DNA of 64,000 nt, from positions 576,001 to 640,000 of the forward strand of contig JBGARZ010000001.1 in assembly GCA_044229975.1 (NCBI GenBank), in the 5' to 3' direction. Made by a program: the position numbers and the translations under genes. The notes beneath the pieces are model-generated. The model saw only the letters and a list, made by a program, of their open reading frames with translations, was not told where the DNA came from and made no database searches. This DNA comes from Polyangiales bacterium (GTDB lineage: Bacteria; Myxococcota_A; Polyangia; Polyangiales; Ga0077539). This document shows, piece after piece, positions 1 through 9,687 of the stretch; positions within the stretch are counted from its first letter, which is position 1, and each line of letters begins with the position of its first letter.

Positions 1-1011
1 CTGTCGTTGCTGTCGTCGGGGGCGTTCTATCTCGCGTACGTGGCCATCGTGCGCGACGCCCTCTCCGGGGCCATCACCCTCGGCGCGATGACCCTCTACC
101 TCATGGTGTTTCGCCAGGGTCAGACCGCCATGCAGGGCGCGCTCACCGGGGTCGCGCGCATCTACGAAGACAACCTCTTCATGGCCAACCTCTTCGACTT
201 CCTCGGTCTGCCCGACGACGAGCCCGACGCCCCGCCCGCCACCGACGTCGACACCGCGCGCCCCCCTGAGGTGCGCTTCGACCACGTCTCCTTCCGCTAC
301 CCCGGCGCCACGCGCGACGCGCTCACGGACGTCTCGCTCACCCTGCGGCCCGGCGAGACCGTCGCCCTCGTCGGCCGCAACGGCGCCGGCAAGAGCACGC
401 TGGTGAAGCTGCTCACGGGGCTGCACAGCCCGACGTCGGGGCGCATCCTGCTGGACGGCGTCGACCTCGCCACGGTTCCTGCGGCGACGTACCGCGCGCG
501 GCTCGCGGTGGTGCTCCAGGACTTCGCGCGCTTTCAGTTCAGCGTGGCCGACAACGTGGGCGTCGGGTGGCTGCCCGCGCTCGACGATCGTTCGTCCATC
601 GAACGATCGGTGCGCGACGCGGGCGCAGAGGCGTTGGTGTCGAAGCTCCCGCAGGGCGTGGACACGCCGCTCGGTCGGGCCTTCGGCGGCGACGACCTCT
701 CGGTGGGGCAGTGGCAGCGGGTGGCGCTGGCGCGGGCGTTCATGCGGCGCAGCGGGTTGTTGCTGCTCGACGAGCCCACGGCGGCGCTCGACGCGGAGGC
801 CGAGGCGGAGGTCTTCGAGCGGCTCCAGGCGCTCAAGGCGACGCGCACGGCGGTGCTCATCACGCATCGCTTCTCGACGGTTCGCATGGCCGACCGCATC
901 GTCGTGGTGGACGGCGGGCGCGTCACCGAGGAGGGCCCCCACGCCGACCTCATCGCCCGCGGCGGAACCTACGCTTCCCTCTTCAACCTCCAGGCAGAAG
1001 GCTACCGATGA
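1..1011 (+). CDS. ABC transporter permease/ATP-binding protein (5'-truncated by window)
   Basis: TM tail then Walker A GRNGAGKS, signature LSVGQWQR, Walker B LLLLDEP, H-loop ITHR; frame open to window edge. Confidence 0.93.
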   Translation: MSLLSSGAFYLAYVAIVRDALSGAITLGAMTLYLMVFRQGQTAMQGALTGVARIYEDNLFMANLFDFLGLPDDEPDAPPATDVDTARPPEVRFDHVSFRYPGATRDALTDVSLTLRPGETVALVGRNGAGKSTLVKLLTGLHSPTSGRILLDGVDLATVPAATYRARLAVVLQDFARFQFSVADNVGVGWLPALDDRSSIERSVRDAGAEALVSKLPQGVDTPLGRAFGGDDLSVGQWQRVALARAFMRRSGLLLLDEPTAALDAEAEAEVFERLQALKATRTAVLITHRFSTVRMADRIVVVDGGRVTEEGPHADLIARGGTYASLFNLQAEGYR

Positions 1012-1415
1012 TCGACCCAAAGGTGGTGACCCCCTACGAGCAGCTCGGCGGCGAGGAGAAGGTGCGCGACATCGCGCGGCGCTTCTACGACGCCATGGAG
1101 ACCCACGAGCCCGCGCTCGCGGCGGTGCACCGGCTGACCGCGGAGGGGAAGGTCCACCCCGACGCGCGCGAGAACTTCGCCCTCTTCTTCATCGGCTGGC
1201 TCGGCGGCCCGCAGACCTACGTCGAGCGGCACGGCCACCCGCGGCTGCGCATGCGCCACGCGAAGGTCGCCGTGACGACCGCGATGCGCGACGCGTGGAT
1301 GCGCGCAATGGGCCGGGCGCTCGACGAGTGCGAGGTGCGCGGAGAGATTCGCGGGTTTCTGGAGCAGCGGCTGGGTGAGGTCGCGGACTTCATGCGCAAC
1401 ACGCCCGACGGCTGA
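1008..1415 (+). CDS. Group II truncated hemoglobin
   Basis: TPYEQLGGEE..RFYD..WLGGPQTY..HGHPRLRMRH..RDAW motifs; ATG overlaps the ABC stop (ATGA). Confidence 0.9.
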   Translation: MIDPKVVTPYEQLGGEEKVRDIARRFYDAMETHEPALAAVHRLTAEGKVHPDARENFALFFIGWLGGPQTYVERHGHPRLRMRHAKVAVTTAMRDAWMRAMGRALDECEVRGEIRGFLEQRLGEVADFMRNTPDG

Positions 1416-1471
1416 AGGAGTGGCTCGCCGTCGGGGCGCGGCGGCGTGGCGTCGATGACCCGAGGGGTGTT

Positions 1472-1972
1472 CTAGAGCTTGCCAAGGCCGCGCAGGAGCG
1501 AGTACCCGCCGAGCACGAGCGCGATGACGCTGACGACGATCGCGCGCGTGGGGCGCGGCGTGGTCCGCATGGCCAGCGCGAGGGCCAAGGCGCCCACCAG
1601 CATCGCGACGGGGCCGCCGAACAGCGCGACGGGGTCGGAGTGCGTGCGCACCGCGGCGGGGTCGACGGTGATCGCGACCTCGCCCGTGTTGGCCTCGGTG
1701 ACCGCTGTCGTACGGATGAAGAACAGCCGCATCGACTCCTCGCGCCGGATTCCGTGCGGAGCGGTCCAGATGGTGAGCGACTGACCGAACGCGAGGGGCA
1801 GGAGCGCGACGATGAGCGCCACCACCGAGGGCGGCGAGAGCTTCTTCGATCCGGCAGCGGCGAACGCACTCGCACACCTTGCGCAGGCCGGACCTTCGCT
1901 CGAATAGCCCGATGTGCCCGCCGGTGCCGCGTCGCCGCACACCGAACATTGGATCGTCTCCACAACACTCAT
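1472..1972 (-). CDS. Hypothetical membrane protein with N-terminal CxxC..CxxC
   Basis: CSVC/CARC pair followed by three hydrophobic segments; GGAGG RBS upstream. Confidence 0.6.
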   Translation of the reverse strand: MSVVETIQCSVCGDAAPAGTSGYSSEGPACARCASAFAAAGSKKLSPPSVVALIVALLPLAFGQSLTIWTAPHGIRREESMRLFFIRTTAVTEANTGEVAITVDPAAVRTHSDPVALFGGPVAMLVGALALALAMRTTPRPTRAIVVSVIALVLGGYSLLRGLGKL

Positions 1973-2159
1973 TGATCACCTCCGACCCGTGGATACGCAG
2001 CGGCGGGGCGTCCACGAACAGAACCCTTCTGAATCGATCTGAGCTGGCCACGGCGTGGGCTTCGTGCCCGACGTCGACACGGCGGGCGACTCAGGGCGTC
2101 GCGTTGCAGCGGGGGGAGCAACCCAGGCCGCCTGGGTGGGCTTGGTCGCCGACGCCGGC

Positions 2160-2690
2160 CTACTGGCCGAAGACGTACGTCGCGACGCCGAGTGATACCG
2201 AGGCCCACCAGTCGTTGGGCTCGGACGCCAGGCGGACGTCGTAGCCAACCTGACCGTGCAGCACCAGGCCGACGCCGCCGCCAGCGCCGTGCTGCCCGAC
2301 GCCCGCGCTCTGCGAACGCACGATCACGTAGGTGCCGAGGTCAAGGTAGGGGCTCGCCAGGCCAAACACGAAGGCGCCCTGGTTCGACTCCAACGAGAAG
2401 ACGCGGAGACCGAGGCCCAGAAACGGCGCGACCGGGGTCGACGGCACCGCGCCGCGCACGGACAACGACGGCGCGACCTGCACGAGCCCCGCGCCGAAGC
2501 GCCCGTGAAGGTTCATGCTCCCGCCGACGGGGAGCGCGCCGAAGCGCCCGCCGTACTCGACGTCCAGCACGCCCTGTGGGCCCTGCTGGCGGCCCGACAG
2601 CGAGGTCGCCACGCCCCCGCTCGCGTGGAGCCACGCCGCGCAGCCCGGAAGCGCCATGAACCAGACCCCCAGCCACAGCCCACGTCGCAT
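2160..2690 (-). CDS. Hypothetical exported/outer-membrane protein
   Basis: Signal/lipobox-like MRRGLWLGVWFMALPGC; alternating beta-strand pattern. Confidence 0.55.
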   Translation of the reverse strand: MRRGLWLGVWFMALPGCAAWLHASGGVATSLSGRQQGPQGVLDVEYGGRFGALPVGGSMNLHGRFGAGLVQVAPSLSVRGAVPSTPVAPFLGLGLRVFSLESNQGAFVFGLASPYLDLGTYVIVRSQSAGVGQHGAGGGVGLVLHGQVGYDVRLASEPNDWWASVSLGVATYVFGQ

Positions 2691-2783
2691 GACTCCAGCC
2701 CTCCAGGTGAAAGCGGCGCGCGTTTCAACGACGGCGTTCCAGGCGCGCGGCTGGTGGTGCCGTCGGCGGTCCGGTGAAGGCAC

Positions 2784-4013
2784 TCAGTGATCCGCGTAGA
2801 CGCAGCGAACGCCCAGGTCGACCTGCCTGGTCAAGATCGAGTTGATGTACCAGCGCGACGCGGCGTGGAGCTGCGCGCCCTGCGAGTGGAGACCCGGGCC
2901 GCGAAACACCGACGAGCGGTACGTGTCCGTCGCCTTCATCCGCTGACACAACGGATCGCGCTGCGAGAGCGACGCCCAGCACCAGGTGTCCGGGTCGGCG
3001 CCGGGCGGCTGATAGTGTTGAAAACTATCCAACGTGAACTCCAGCACGTTGCCACCGAGGCCGGAGATCCCGCCCACCTCGTCGGCCTCCTCGACGGGCA
3101 GCGTGTACGGCCCGACCCCATCCCGCGTCCAGCATCCCAGCACCCACGCCGTCGCGCACGACACGCCCGTCCGCCGCGCGCCCCATGCGTAGGGGCGCGG
3201 CGAGGGCAGGCCCGCGACCGCGCGGATGCGGGTGAGGTACTCCCACTCGGCCTCGGTCGGGAGGCGCCCGCCCTCGTACGCGCAGAAGCGCACCGCGCTC
3301 ACCCAGTCGATGTAGTGGATCGGGTGGGCATCACGGGCGCCCTCACGGGCCGTGAAGTTCGAAGCCTCGGCCGCGACGAGCTCGCCCGCGGTGATGGAGC
3401 CCGGGAGGTCGCCGATGCGCTCGGCGCGAACACAGTCCGGCATGTAGACCTCCGGCGGCGGACGCCAGCCCCGCTCCCACGCGCGGAGGAAGCGGCGAAA
3501 GCGCCCGACGGAGGCTTCGTAGCGGTCGACCCGCATGGGGCTGACCACGATGTCGGGCTGCACCGGTCGCGATCCGATGTTGGTGACGCCGGGCGAGAAC
3601 TCGGGGTTCGCCTCGCCGAGCGTGAAGGTCGCGCCCGGCACCGAGACGACGCCGCAACCGGCCGGGCTCGTCCCGCCCTCGTGACAGGTCGTCTGCACCG
3701 GCACTTCGTCCCCGCCGCGGTTGCGCGAGACCACCGTGCATCGCTGGTAAGCGCGCGGGCCGAGGCCGAGGTCGTCGACGGCCGTCGCGTCGACGGTCGT
3801 GCCGTCGGGGGTCGCGTCGCTCGTCGCCACGTCACTGGAGACCTGCGCGCTCGCCGCGTCGGTCGCGCGGGCAGCGTCGACCTCGATGAAGACCCGGCTG
3901 GCATAACATCCACCCGACGCGGCGAAGGGCATCGACGCGAGCACCCGCAGGAGCCCCGCGCTCACCCGGCGGCGCCTCCCCCGCGCACCATCGTCCATGG
4001 CGAGCGGGCGCAT
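2784..4013 (-). CDS. Formylglycine-generating enzyme (SUMF1/FGE-sulfatase) domain lipoprotein
   Basis: RLPTEAEWEY, GGNVLEF and C-terminal LGVRC motifs; start approximate. Confidence 0.8.
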   Translation of the reverse strand: MRPLAMDDGARGRRRRVSAGLLRVLASMPFAASGGCYASRVFIEVDAARATDAASAQVSSDVATSDATPDGTTVDATAVDDLGLGPRAYQRCTVVSRNRGGDEVPVQTTCHEGGTSPAGCGVVSVPGATFTLGEANPEFSPGVTNIGSRPVQPDIVVSPMRVDRYEASVGRFRRFLRAWERGWRPPPEVYMPDCVRAERIGDLPGSITAGELVAAEASNFTAREGARDAHPIHYIDWVSAVRFCAYEGGRLPTEAEWEYLTRIRAVAGLPSPRPYAWGARRTGVSCATAWVLGCWTRDGVGPYTLPVEEADEVGGISGLGGNVLEFTLDSFQHYQPPGADPDTWCWASLSQRDPLCQRMKATDTYRSSVFRGPGLHSQGAQLHAASRWYINSILTRQVDLGVRCVYADH

Positions 4014-4017
4014 CGGA

Positions 4018-5058
4018 CTAGAACCGCCCCTCGACGATGACCGCCCCCGCCGTGGCGGAGACGACGGCTCGCACCGTCGGCGCGGACGGCGCCCGGAGCG
4101 CCCAGAGCAGCGCACCCAGCACCGCCGTCCCACCGACGGCCACGCCGACGATCGCCGCCGGATGCAGGACGTCGTTGCCGAGGTTGGCGTCGACGAGGGC
4201 CGCGGCGTCGGGGCACGCAAGCGCGTCGCCGTCGGTCCAGACGCAGCTCTTCACGGCCTGGTCGCGGGCGTAGAAGATCAGCGGACTGAGGGCTAGCAGC
4301 ACGAGCCCTCCCGCGCCGAGGACGATCGCGCCCGTCGGAGCGCCCCGGCGCGGCAGGGTGCTCGTGGACGTGAGTGGCGGTCGAGCCGCTGGTGCCGCGA
4401 CCACGGGTTCGGGCGGCGGAGGCTCGGGTGACGCCTGGTCCGACCGCGCGACCTCGGGTGTTGGCGCGACCTCGGGCGCGAGGGTGATGGTCTCGGGGCG
4501 CACCTCGCCACCGACCAGGGTGACCTCGACCGTCTGCGGCGCGAACCCCGGGAGCTGCGCCACCACGCGGTGCGCGCCCGGGGTGAGCGCCACGACGCCG
4601 CAGGGGACGGGCTCCGCGCCATCGACGCTGATGCGCGTCGCCGACGGGGTGCAGCGCACGGCGAGCGCGGCGACGCGGGGGCGCAGCCGGGCCTGGAGCA
4701 ACCGGCAGTTCTGCGCGACGACCGGCTCGGCGCGCTCGACCTGCGCGGCGAGCAGGCAGCGCTCGACGTTGCCGAGCGCCTCGACCGCGCGACCGAGCGC
4801 GACCTGCGACTCGGCGATGAAGAGCAGGAGCGAGGCGCTGGACTGGATCTGGAGGGCCGACGTGGCGAGCCCGAGCGCGGAGGCGTGGTCGCCTCGCGAC
4901 TGCGCCCGCCGCGCGCGGTCGATGAGCAGTCGGCGCGCCGCGAACTCGCTCGGCACCTGCGCATCGACGCGCGCGGTGCCGAGGAGGAGGCCGAGGACCC
5001 CGGAGAGCAGGGCCCGGCGGGGCGTGGGAAGCCGATGGTCTGGTCGGGTGCCGCGCAC
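4018..5058 (-). CDS. TPR + PEGA-domain membrane protein
   Basis: Helical TPR-like N-terminus, PEGA-like ISVDG..LTPGAHRV..PGF, Pro linker, C-terminal TM helices. Confidence 0.7.
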   Translation of the reverse strand: MRGTRPDHRLPTPRRALLSGVLGLLLGTARVDAQVPSEFAARRLLIDRARRAQSRGDHASALGLATSALQIQSSASLLLFIAESQVALGRAVEALGNVERCLLAAQVERAEPVVAQNCRLLQARLRPRVAALAVRCTPSATRISVDGAEPVPCGVVALTPGAHRVVAQLPGFAPQTVEVTLVGGEVRPETITLAPEVAPTPEVARSDQASPEPPPPEPVVAAPAARPPLTSTSTLPRRGAPTGAIVLGAGGLVLLALSPLIFYARDQAVKSCVWTDGDALACPDAAALVDANLGNDVLHPAAIVGVAVGGTAVLGALLWALRAPSAPTVRAVVSATAGAVIVEGRF

Positions 5059-5123
5059 AGGAGGCGAGCGAGTGTAGAGCCCTTCGATCGCCCATCGTCA
5101 ACACGGCGCCGCACCACCGACGC

Positions 5124-7244
5124 TCAGCGAAGGTTCACGCGCTGGAGGAGCACCTGCGTGCCGGCCTGGAACATCATCGCCTCCAGCCGCACCGGGTCGT
5201 CGCAGGTAGTGACGGTGGCCTGGTCGAGCCATGTGTTGCTCATCACTGGATTGAACGCGTGCGCACGAATAGCCGTGAGTGTCGCGAAGGTCGGCGTGAC
5301 CGGCGTGACGGTGAGGGGGTACGGCATCACCCGCATGGCACCGGTGCCTCCGGGGAGCGCGAGCGTGTCGTCGATGCCCTGGTACCAGCGGCCCCAGAAG
5401 TGGTTGGGGTTGAGTCCGCCGGGCGTCTGCTGGTGGAGCACGACGAGTCCCGCGCTGGTGGGGTAGACGCCCGTGATGTAGTCCGCGACGATCTCTTCGG
5501 CGCCGCGACCTCCGTAGTACATCGAGGCCCAGTTGAAGGCCCCGGATGTCGGGTTGAGGCTCAGCAGCAGGCCATCACCGCTGCTCGTGTCGAAGCCCGT
5601 CACCGCGGTGCGACCGGCGAAGATGGCCTGCCCGTCGTGGAGGGCGACGGTCATGGTGTTGTTGCGGTCGCCGGCGCCCGCTTGCCAGGTGCGCGCCCAG
5701 ACGAGCGACCCGTCTGCCGCGGAGAGGCGCGCGCCGACGAAGGCCGTGGTGGCGCCGCGCACGTTGACCGCCGCGAGGACGCCGTCGCCGGCGACCGCGA
5801 GGCCCCTCACGTTGGAACCGAAGACCCCGAGCGAGCGCATCCACGCGACGGTGGGCGTCGCGCCGTTGACGCCGTTGAGGCGCGCGACGAAGGGGGCGTT
5901 GTCGCCGATGCCGCCGATGTATGCGGCGCCGTCGGCGCCGACGACCAGCGATCCGACGCGGTGCGGGGTCCCGGTGCTCGTGATGGTGTGGGCCCAGATC
6001 ACCGTCCCGTCGGACTTGTTCACGGCCGAGACGAAGAAGCGGTTGTCCTCCGTCGAGCCGGCGACGATCACGCGGTCGGCGAGCGTCGCATCGACGGCCT
6101 GACCGCGCAGACCCTCGCGCACGAGCGTCGGGTTGGGTGACGCGCCTGCGTTGAGACCGACCGACCACACGGGCGCGCCGGTGCGCGAGTCGACCTTCAT
6201 CAACGCCGACTGGAAGACCGTGTTGGCGTTGTCGAGCGACCTGTCGAACGAGAGGTAGAGCGCCCCGGTGGAGTCGATGTCGAGCGAATCGGGGTTGCCG
6301 CCGACCTCGCCGTTGTTTCCGATGTCACGCGCGCTCTGGATGTACGGCTCGTTGAGCTCACGGACCCACCCGAGGCTGCCGTCGGCATTCACGCGCGCCA
6401 GGGCGACGTTGAGGCTGAAGCGGTCGCTCCACTGGTTGACGTTGAGGTTGAAGTACATGTTTCCCGCGGCGTCCGCGACGACGGCGCCGGGCGCGGCGCT
6501 GTTCGACCCGGCGACGTTGCTCCGCGCAAACACGCGCTCGAGCCCGTTGGAGACGTTGGGGCTGAGCGCGAGGTTGTCGCGCCCGCGGGCAGCCACGATC
6601 ACCGAGTGGCGCTGACCGCCCGCGTACCGGACCGTGAAGCGCGCGTTGCGAGGGCCCGAGGCGATCGGGATGAAGTGCAGCCCGACCGAGGTGCTGGCGT
6701 TGGGAGCCAGCGCCTGGGGCGTGAAGGTGTACGGCACGCGAGAGGTGCGCCCCGGCTGCGTAAACGCCCACTCGTGCGCGTCGGTCGGCGACACCGGCTC
6801 CAGGCTGATGGACTCGACCATCACCGGCGCGGCGCTCGTGTTGACGATGCTGAGCGTGACGGTTCCCATGCTCCACGGAGGCACGCCGTCGAGCACGGTC
6901 TCCGTGTAGGTGCCCTCGTTCGCGATGACGCGGGCACCCATTCCTCGCACCTCGATGGGAGCGGCCGCGGGCACGTCCACCGCCGCGGGCACGTCCACCG
7001 CCGCGGGCACGTCCACCACCGCGGGTACGTCCACCGCCGCGGGCATGTCCACCGCCGCGGGCATGTCCACCGCCGCGGGCACGTCCACCGCCGCGGGCAT
7101 GTCCACCGCCGCGGGCGCGTCGACCCTTGGAACAGCGGCGTCCACGGGGGTGGCGGCGTCCATCCCCGCGCTCCCTCCTCCGCAGCCCGCGCCCCCTGCG
7201 CTCACGAGCGTTCCAACGATCAGCCAGCGAGTCGACTTGTTCAT
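5124..7244 (-). CDS. Large lipoprotein with VDxPAA repeats, Ig-like domain and beta-propeller
   Basis: MNKSTRWLIVGTLVSAGGAGC lipobox; repeat linker; recurring GxxxW blade motifs. Confidence 0.75.
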   Translation of the reverse strand: MNKSTRWLIVGTLVSAGGAGCGGGSAGMDAATPVDAAVPRVDAPAAVDMPAAVDVPAAVDMPAAVDMPAAVDVPAVVDVPAAVDVPAAVDVPAAAPIEVRGMGARVIANEGTYTETVLDGVPPWSMGTVTLSIVNTSAAPVMVESISLEPVSPTDAHEWAFTQPGRTSRVPYTFTPQALAPNASTSVGLHFIPIASGPRNARFTVRYAGGQRHSVIVAARGRDNLALSPNVSNGLERVFARSNVAGSNSAAPGAVVADAAGNMYFNLNVNQWSDRFSLNVALARVNADGSLGWVRELNEPYIQSARDIGNNGEVGGNPDSLDIDSTGALYLSFDRSLDNANTVFQSALMKVDSRTGAPVWSVGLNAGASPNPTLVREGLRGQAVDATLADRVIVAGSTEDNRFFVSAVNKSDGTVIWAHTITSTGTPHRVGSLVVGADGAAYIGGIGDNAPFVARLNGVNGATPTVAWMRSLGVFGSNVRGLAVAGDGVLAAVNVRGATTAFVGARLSAADGSLVWARTWQAGAGDRNNTMTVALHDGQAIFAGRTAVTGFDTSSGDGLLLSLNPTSGAFNWASMYYGGRGAEEIVADYITGVYPTSAGLVVLHQQTPGGLNPNHFWGRWYQGIDDTLALPGGTGAMRVMPYPLTVTPVTPTFATLTAIRAHAFNPVMSNTWLDQATVTTCDDPVRLEAMMFQAGTQVLLQRVNLR
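6964..7125. repeat. Intragenic 18-bp tandem repeat, about 9 copies (GCCGCGGGCACGTCCACC)
   Basis: Directly visible; encodes (VD[V/M/A]PAA)x9 on the minus strand. Confidence 0.92.
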
Positions 7245-7499
7245 GTCATGCGCTCCTTGCGAGGGTCGCGTCACTGGTGGTGCGCCGACGTGCCGCGCTG
7301 GGCACCGGCGACGAAGGGTTGGAGCCACCAGGCCGACCTCGTTGCGGACGGAGTATTCGAACGTCCCGCCGCGCCCCTCCATTGAAGCGCTCTGAACTGA
7401 TCTGAAGCGCCCGTCGACGGAGGCACGTGATAGTGTCGCGAGGTGACATCGGGCCCCGAAGCTCCGCGAAGCGCTTCGCTCCGTCACGGTCAGGCGCCG

Positions 7500-8576
7500 A
7501 TGCACGGCTCGGTCATCGCCGAGAGGTTTCGTCTCACCGCGCCGCTCGGTGAGGGCGCGACAGGCGAGGTGTGGCGGGCAGACGACCTGTGCGGCGGCGC
7601 CGCGGCGGTGAAGCTGCTGCGCGGCGAGCTGACCTACGACGCCGGCACCGCGCGACGGTTCGCCCGCGAGTCTCGCACGTTGCAGCGCCTGTCCCACCAG
7701 CACCTGCCGGTCATCCTCGACGCGGGCGAGGACGCCCTGACGGGGCGATGCTTCATCGCGCTGGCGTACGTGGAGGCCGAGACCCTCCGGGCTGTGATCC
7801 AGCGCGAGGCGCCCATGACCTGGGACGCCGCCGCGGCGATCATGCTGCCCGTGATGTCCGCGCTGTCCGCGGCGCACGCCGCCGGGGTGATACACCGCGA
7901 TGTCAAACCCGAGAACGTCTTGGTGCAGTGGGATGGCCCCGCGCCGCGCCCCCTCCTGATCGATTTCGGGCTCTGCAAGCACATCAACGGGGGCGGGTCG
8001 CTCCAGACGCGCTCCGGGGTGCTCCTCGGGACTCCGGCCTACATGGCCCCGGAGCAGGCGGCGGGCGAGCGCGATGTCGACGTCCGCGCGGACGTCTGGG
8101 CCGCGGGGGCGGTCTGGTTCGAGCTCCTGACGGGGACGACGCCCTTCGTCGACGCGCTCCCGGGGCGCCTGCTCGCCCGGGTGATCTCCGACGAGCCCCC
8201 GTCCCTCGCCGAGAGTCGGCCCGACCTCCCGCGCGCGCGCTGCGAGGCCATCGACCGCGCCATCGCCCGCGATCGAGCGCGTCGCTTCGAGTCGGTCGAT
8301 GCCTTCGCCAGCGCCCTCCTCGCGTCGCCGACGCGACGCGGCCGGCGCCCGTCGGCGCTCGCGCACGCGGCCCTCGTTGCCACGTTGCTTCCCGCGCACA
8401 CGCCGCCGTCGCCGCCGCCGACCTGGGAGCTTCGCGCGCGACCGTCCCCCATCGCGACACCGCCTCTCCCGGCAGCGTCGCCGGTCGCCGAGCCACCCGC
8501 GCCGCTCGCCGAGCCGCCGAGGGCTCCGCGGCGGCCGGTCCATCCGGTGCGCATCCGCCCCTATCACGTGCTCTGA
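7500..8576 (+). CDS. Hanks-type Ser/Thr protein kinase
   Basis: LGEGATGEV, AVK, HRDVKPEN, DFG, GTPAYMAPE, DVWAAG; Pro-rich tail, no TM helix. Confidence 0.93.
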   Translation: MHGSVIAERFRLTAPLGEGATGEVWRADDLCGGAAAVKLLRGELTYDAGTARRFARESRTLQRLSHQHLPVILDAGEDALTGRCFIALAYVEAETLRAVIQREAPMTWDAAAAIMLPVMSALSAAHAAGVIHRDVKPENVLVQWDGPAPRPLLIDFGLCKHINGGGSLQTRSGVLLGTPAYMAPEQAAGERDVDVRADVWAAGAVWFELLTGTTPFVDALPGRLLARVISDEPPSLAESRPDLPRARCEAIDRAIARDRARRFESVDAFASALLASPTRRGRRPSALAHAALVATLLPAHTPPSPPPTWELRARPSPIATPPLPAASPVAEPPAPLAEPPRAPRRPVHPVRIRPYHVL

Positions 8577-8604
8577 CGCGCGCGACGCCGACGCCAGACG
8601 TCGG

Positions 8605-9519
8605 TCAGAGTTCAGCGGCCACGGCGACCACGGTGATCTTCGAGCGCACGAGGCAGTACCCCTCCTCGCGCCGGACAAGCACGTCCCGCAGGCCGAGGCG
8701 TCGGAGCGTCGCGACGGCGGCGTACACCCGCGCCGCGCCGGACTCCGCGACGAGGCGAGCCCCCGGCCAGATCTCCGCGGTGAGCGCGGGCACGTCCACG
8801 GGGTGCTCGCTTCGCAGCAGGGCCCGCAGCAGGCGCATGAGGACCGGACGCGGGAGCAGGTCGACGAGCTCTCCCTCGGGCGTGGTCACCCACCGCGCGT
8901 CCGAGGCGATGCCCCATCGATCGCAGGGCGGAGGCGCGGCGACGGGGCGGGGCGCATCGAGGCGCTCCGCCATCAGCGCCTCGACGTCGGGCTCGACCGG
9001 GAGGGCGCGGATCCACGCCGCGATGCCTTCGGGCGGCAGGCGCTCGGAGGCGAGCACGAGCTCCGCGAACGCGTGGGCCGAGGGCGGTGGTCGCGTCAGC
9101 TCCCGGAGGGCGCTCGCGAGGAGGGATGCACGGCGTGCGAGGGGAGCGTCGACGGAGTGCTCCACGAGGACGACGAATCCCCCGACCCGGAGCGCGTCGC
9201 GCTCCTCGAGGCGCACCGAGGTCACGCGGTCACGGTTGCGCCAGACACCGTTGCGCGAACCCTGATCTGCCAGCCAGGCAGCGCCCTGCAGGTCAGCGAC
9301 GATGCGGAGGTGCCGTCGGGAGACGCGCTCGTCGACCGGGACGGCGCCGAAGCTCCCGCCGTCTCGCTGGAGCGCGAGCGTGCTGCCCGCGACGAGTGAC
9401 CGCGGCGCCGGGACGATCCACTCCCGGTCATGGTGGGCGAGGGTAACCACCCACGGGGCCGTCCCGTCCCGGGCGCCGCCTTCGGGCAGGGTCGTGGTGT
9501 TGAGGCGTTCGTGCTTCAT
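8605..9519 (-). CDS. FHA domain + C-terminal winged-helix putative regulator
   Basis: FHA motifs VSRRH and GSRNG; wHTH-like IWPG..RVYAAVATLRRLGL..GY. Confidence 0.75.
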   Translation of the reverse strand: MKHERLNTTTLPEGGARDGTAPWVVTLAHHDREWIVPAPRSLVAGSTLALQRDGGSFGAVPVDERVSRRHLRIVADLQGAAWLADQGSRNGVWRNRDRVTSVRLEERDALRVGGFVVLVEHSVDAPLARRASLLASALRELTRPPPSAHAFAELVLASERLPPEGIAAWIRALPVEPDVEALMAERLDAPRPVAAPPPCDRWGIASDARWVTTPEGELVDLLPRPVLMRLLRALLRSEHPVDVPALTAEIWPGARLVAESGAARVYAAVATLRRLGLRDVLVRREEGYCLVRSKITVVAVAAEL

Positions 9520-9687
9520 GCGACCGCGCGAGGCGACGTAGTTGGCTGCGTTGTCGTGGTCACCCGACCGCCCGACCACCCGCGAGCGTCATGGTGTCAC
9601 CACCTCGCAAACAACTGAAGCCTCCTGAATTCATCTGATGGCAGCGGATCGCCGCCCGCGCCGTCGCCGGCGGCTGGTGGTTGGCCC

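Noticed and set aside
1976..2160. Structured ncRNA in intergenic gap
   Set aside because: Only a short GC hairpin (ACCCAGGC/GCCTGGGT-like) expected by chance at this GC content; no family motif
6964..7125. Possible CRISPR array
   Set aside because: Contiguous 18-bp units with no spacers, in-frame within a CDS, and no cas genes in the window
5124..8678. 1184-aa ORF as a single protein
   Set aside because: The N-terminal 478 codons span the intergenic region and the antisense of the kinase; the real start with lipoprotein signal is at 7244
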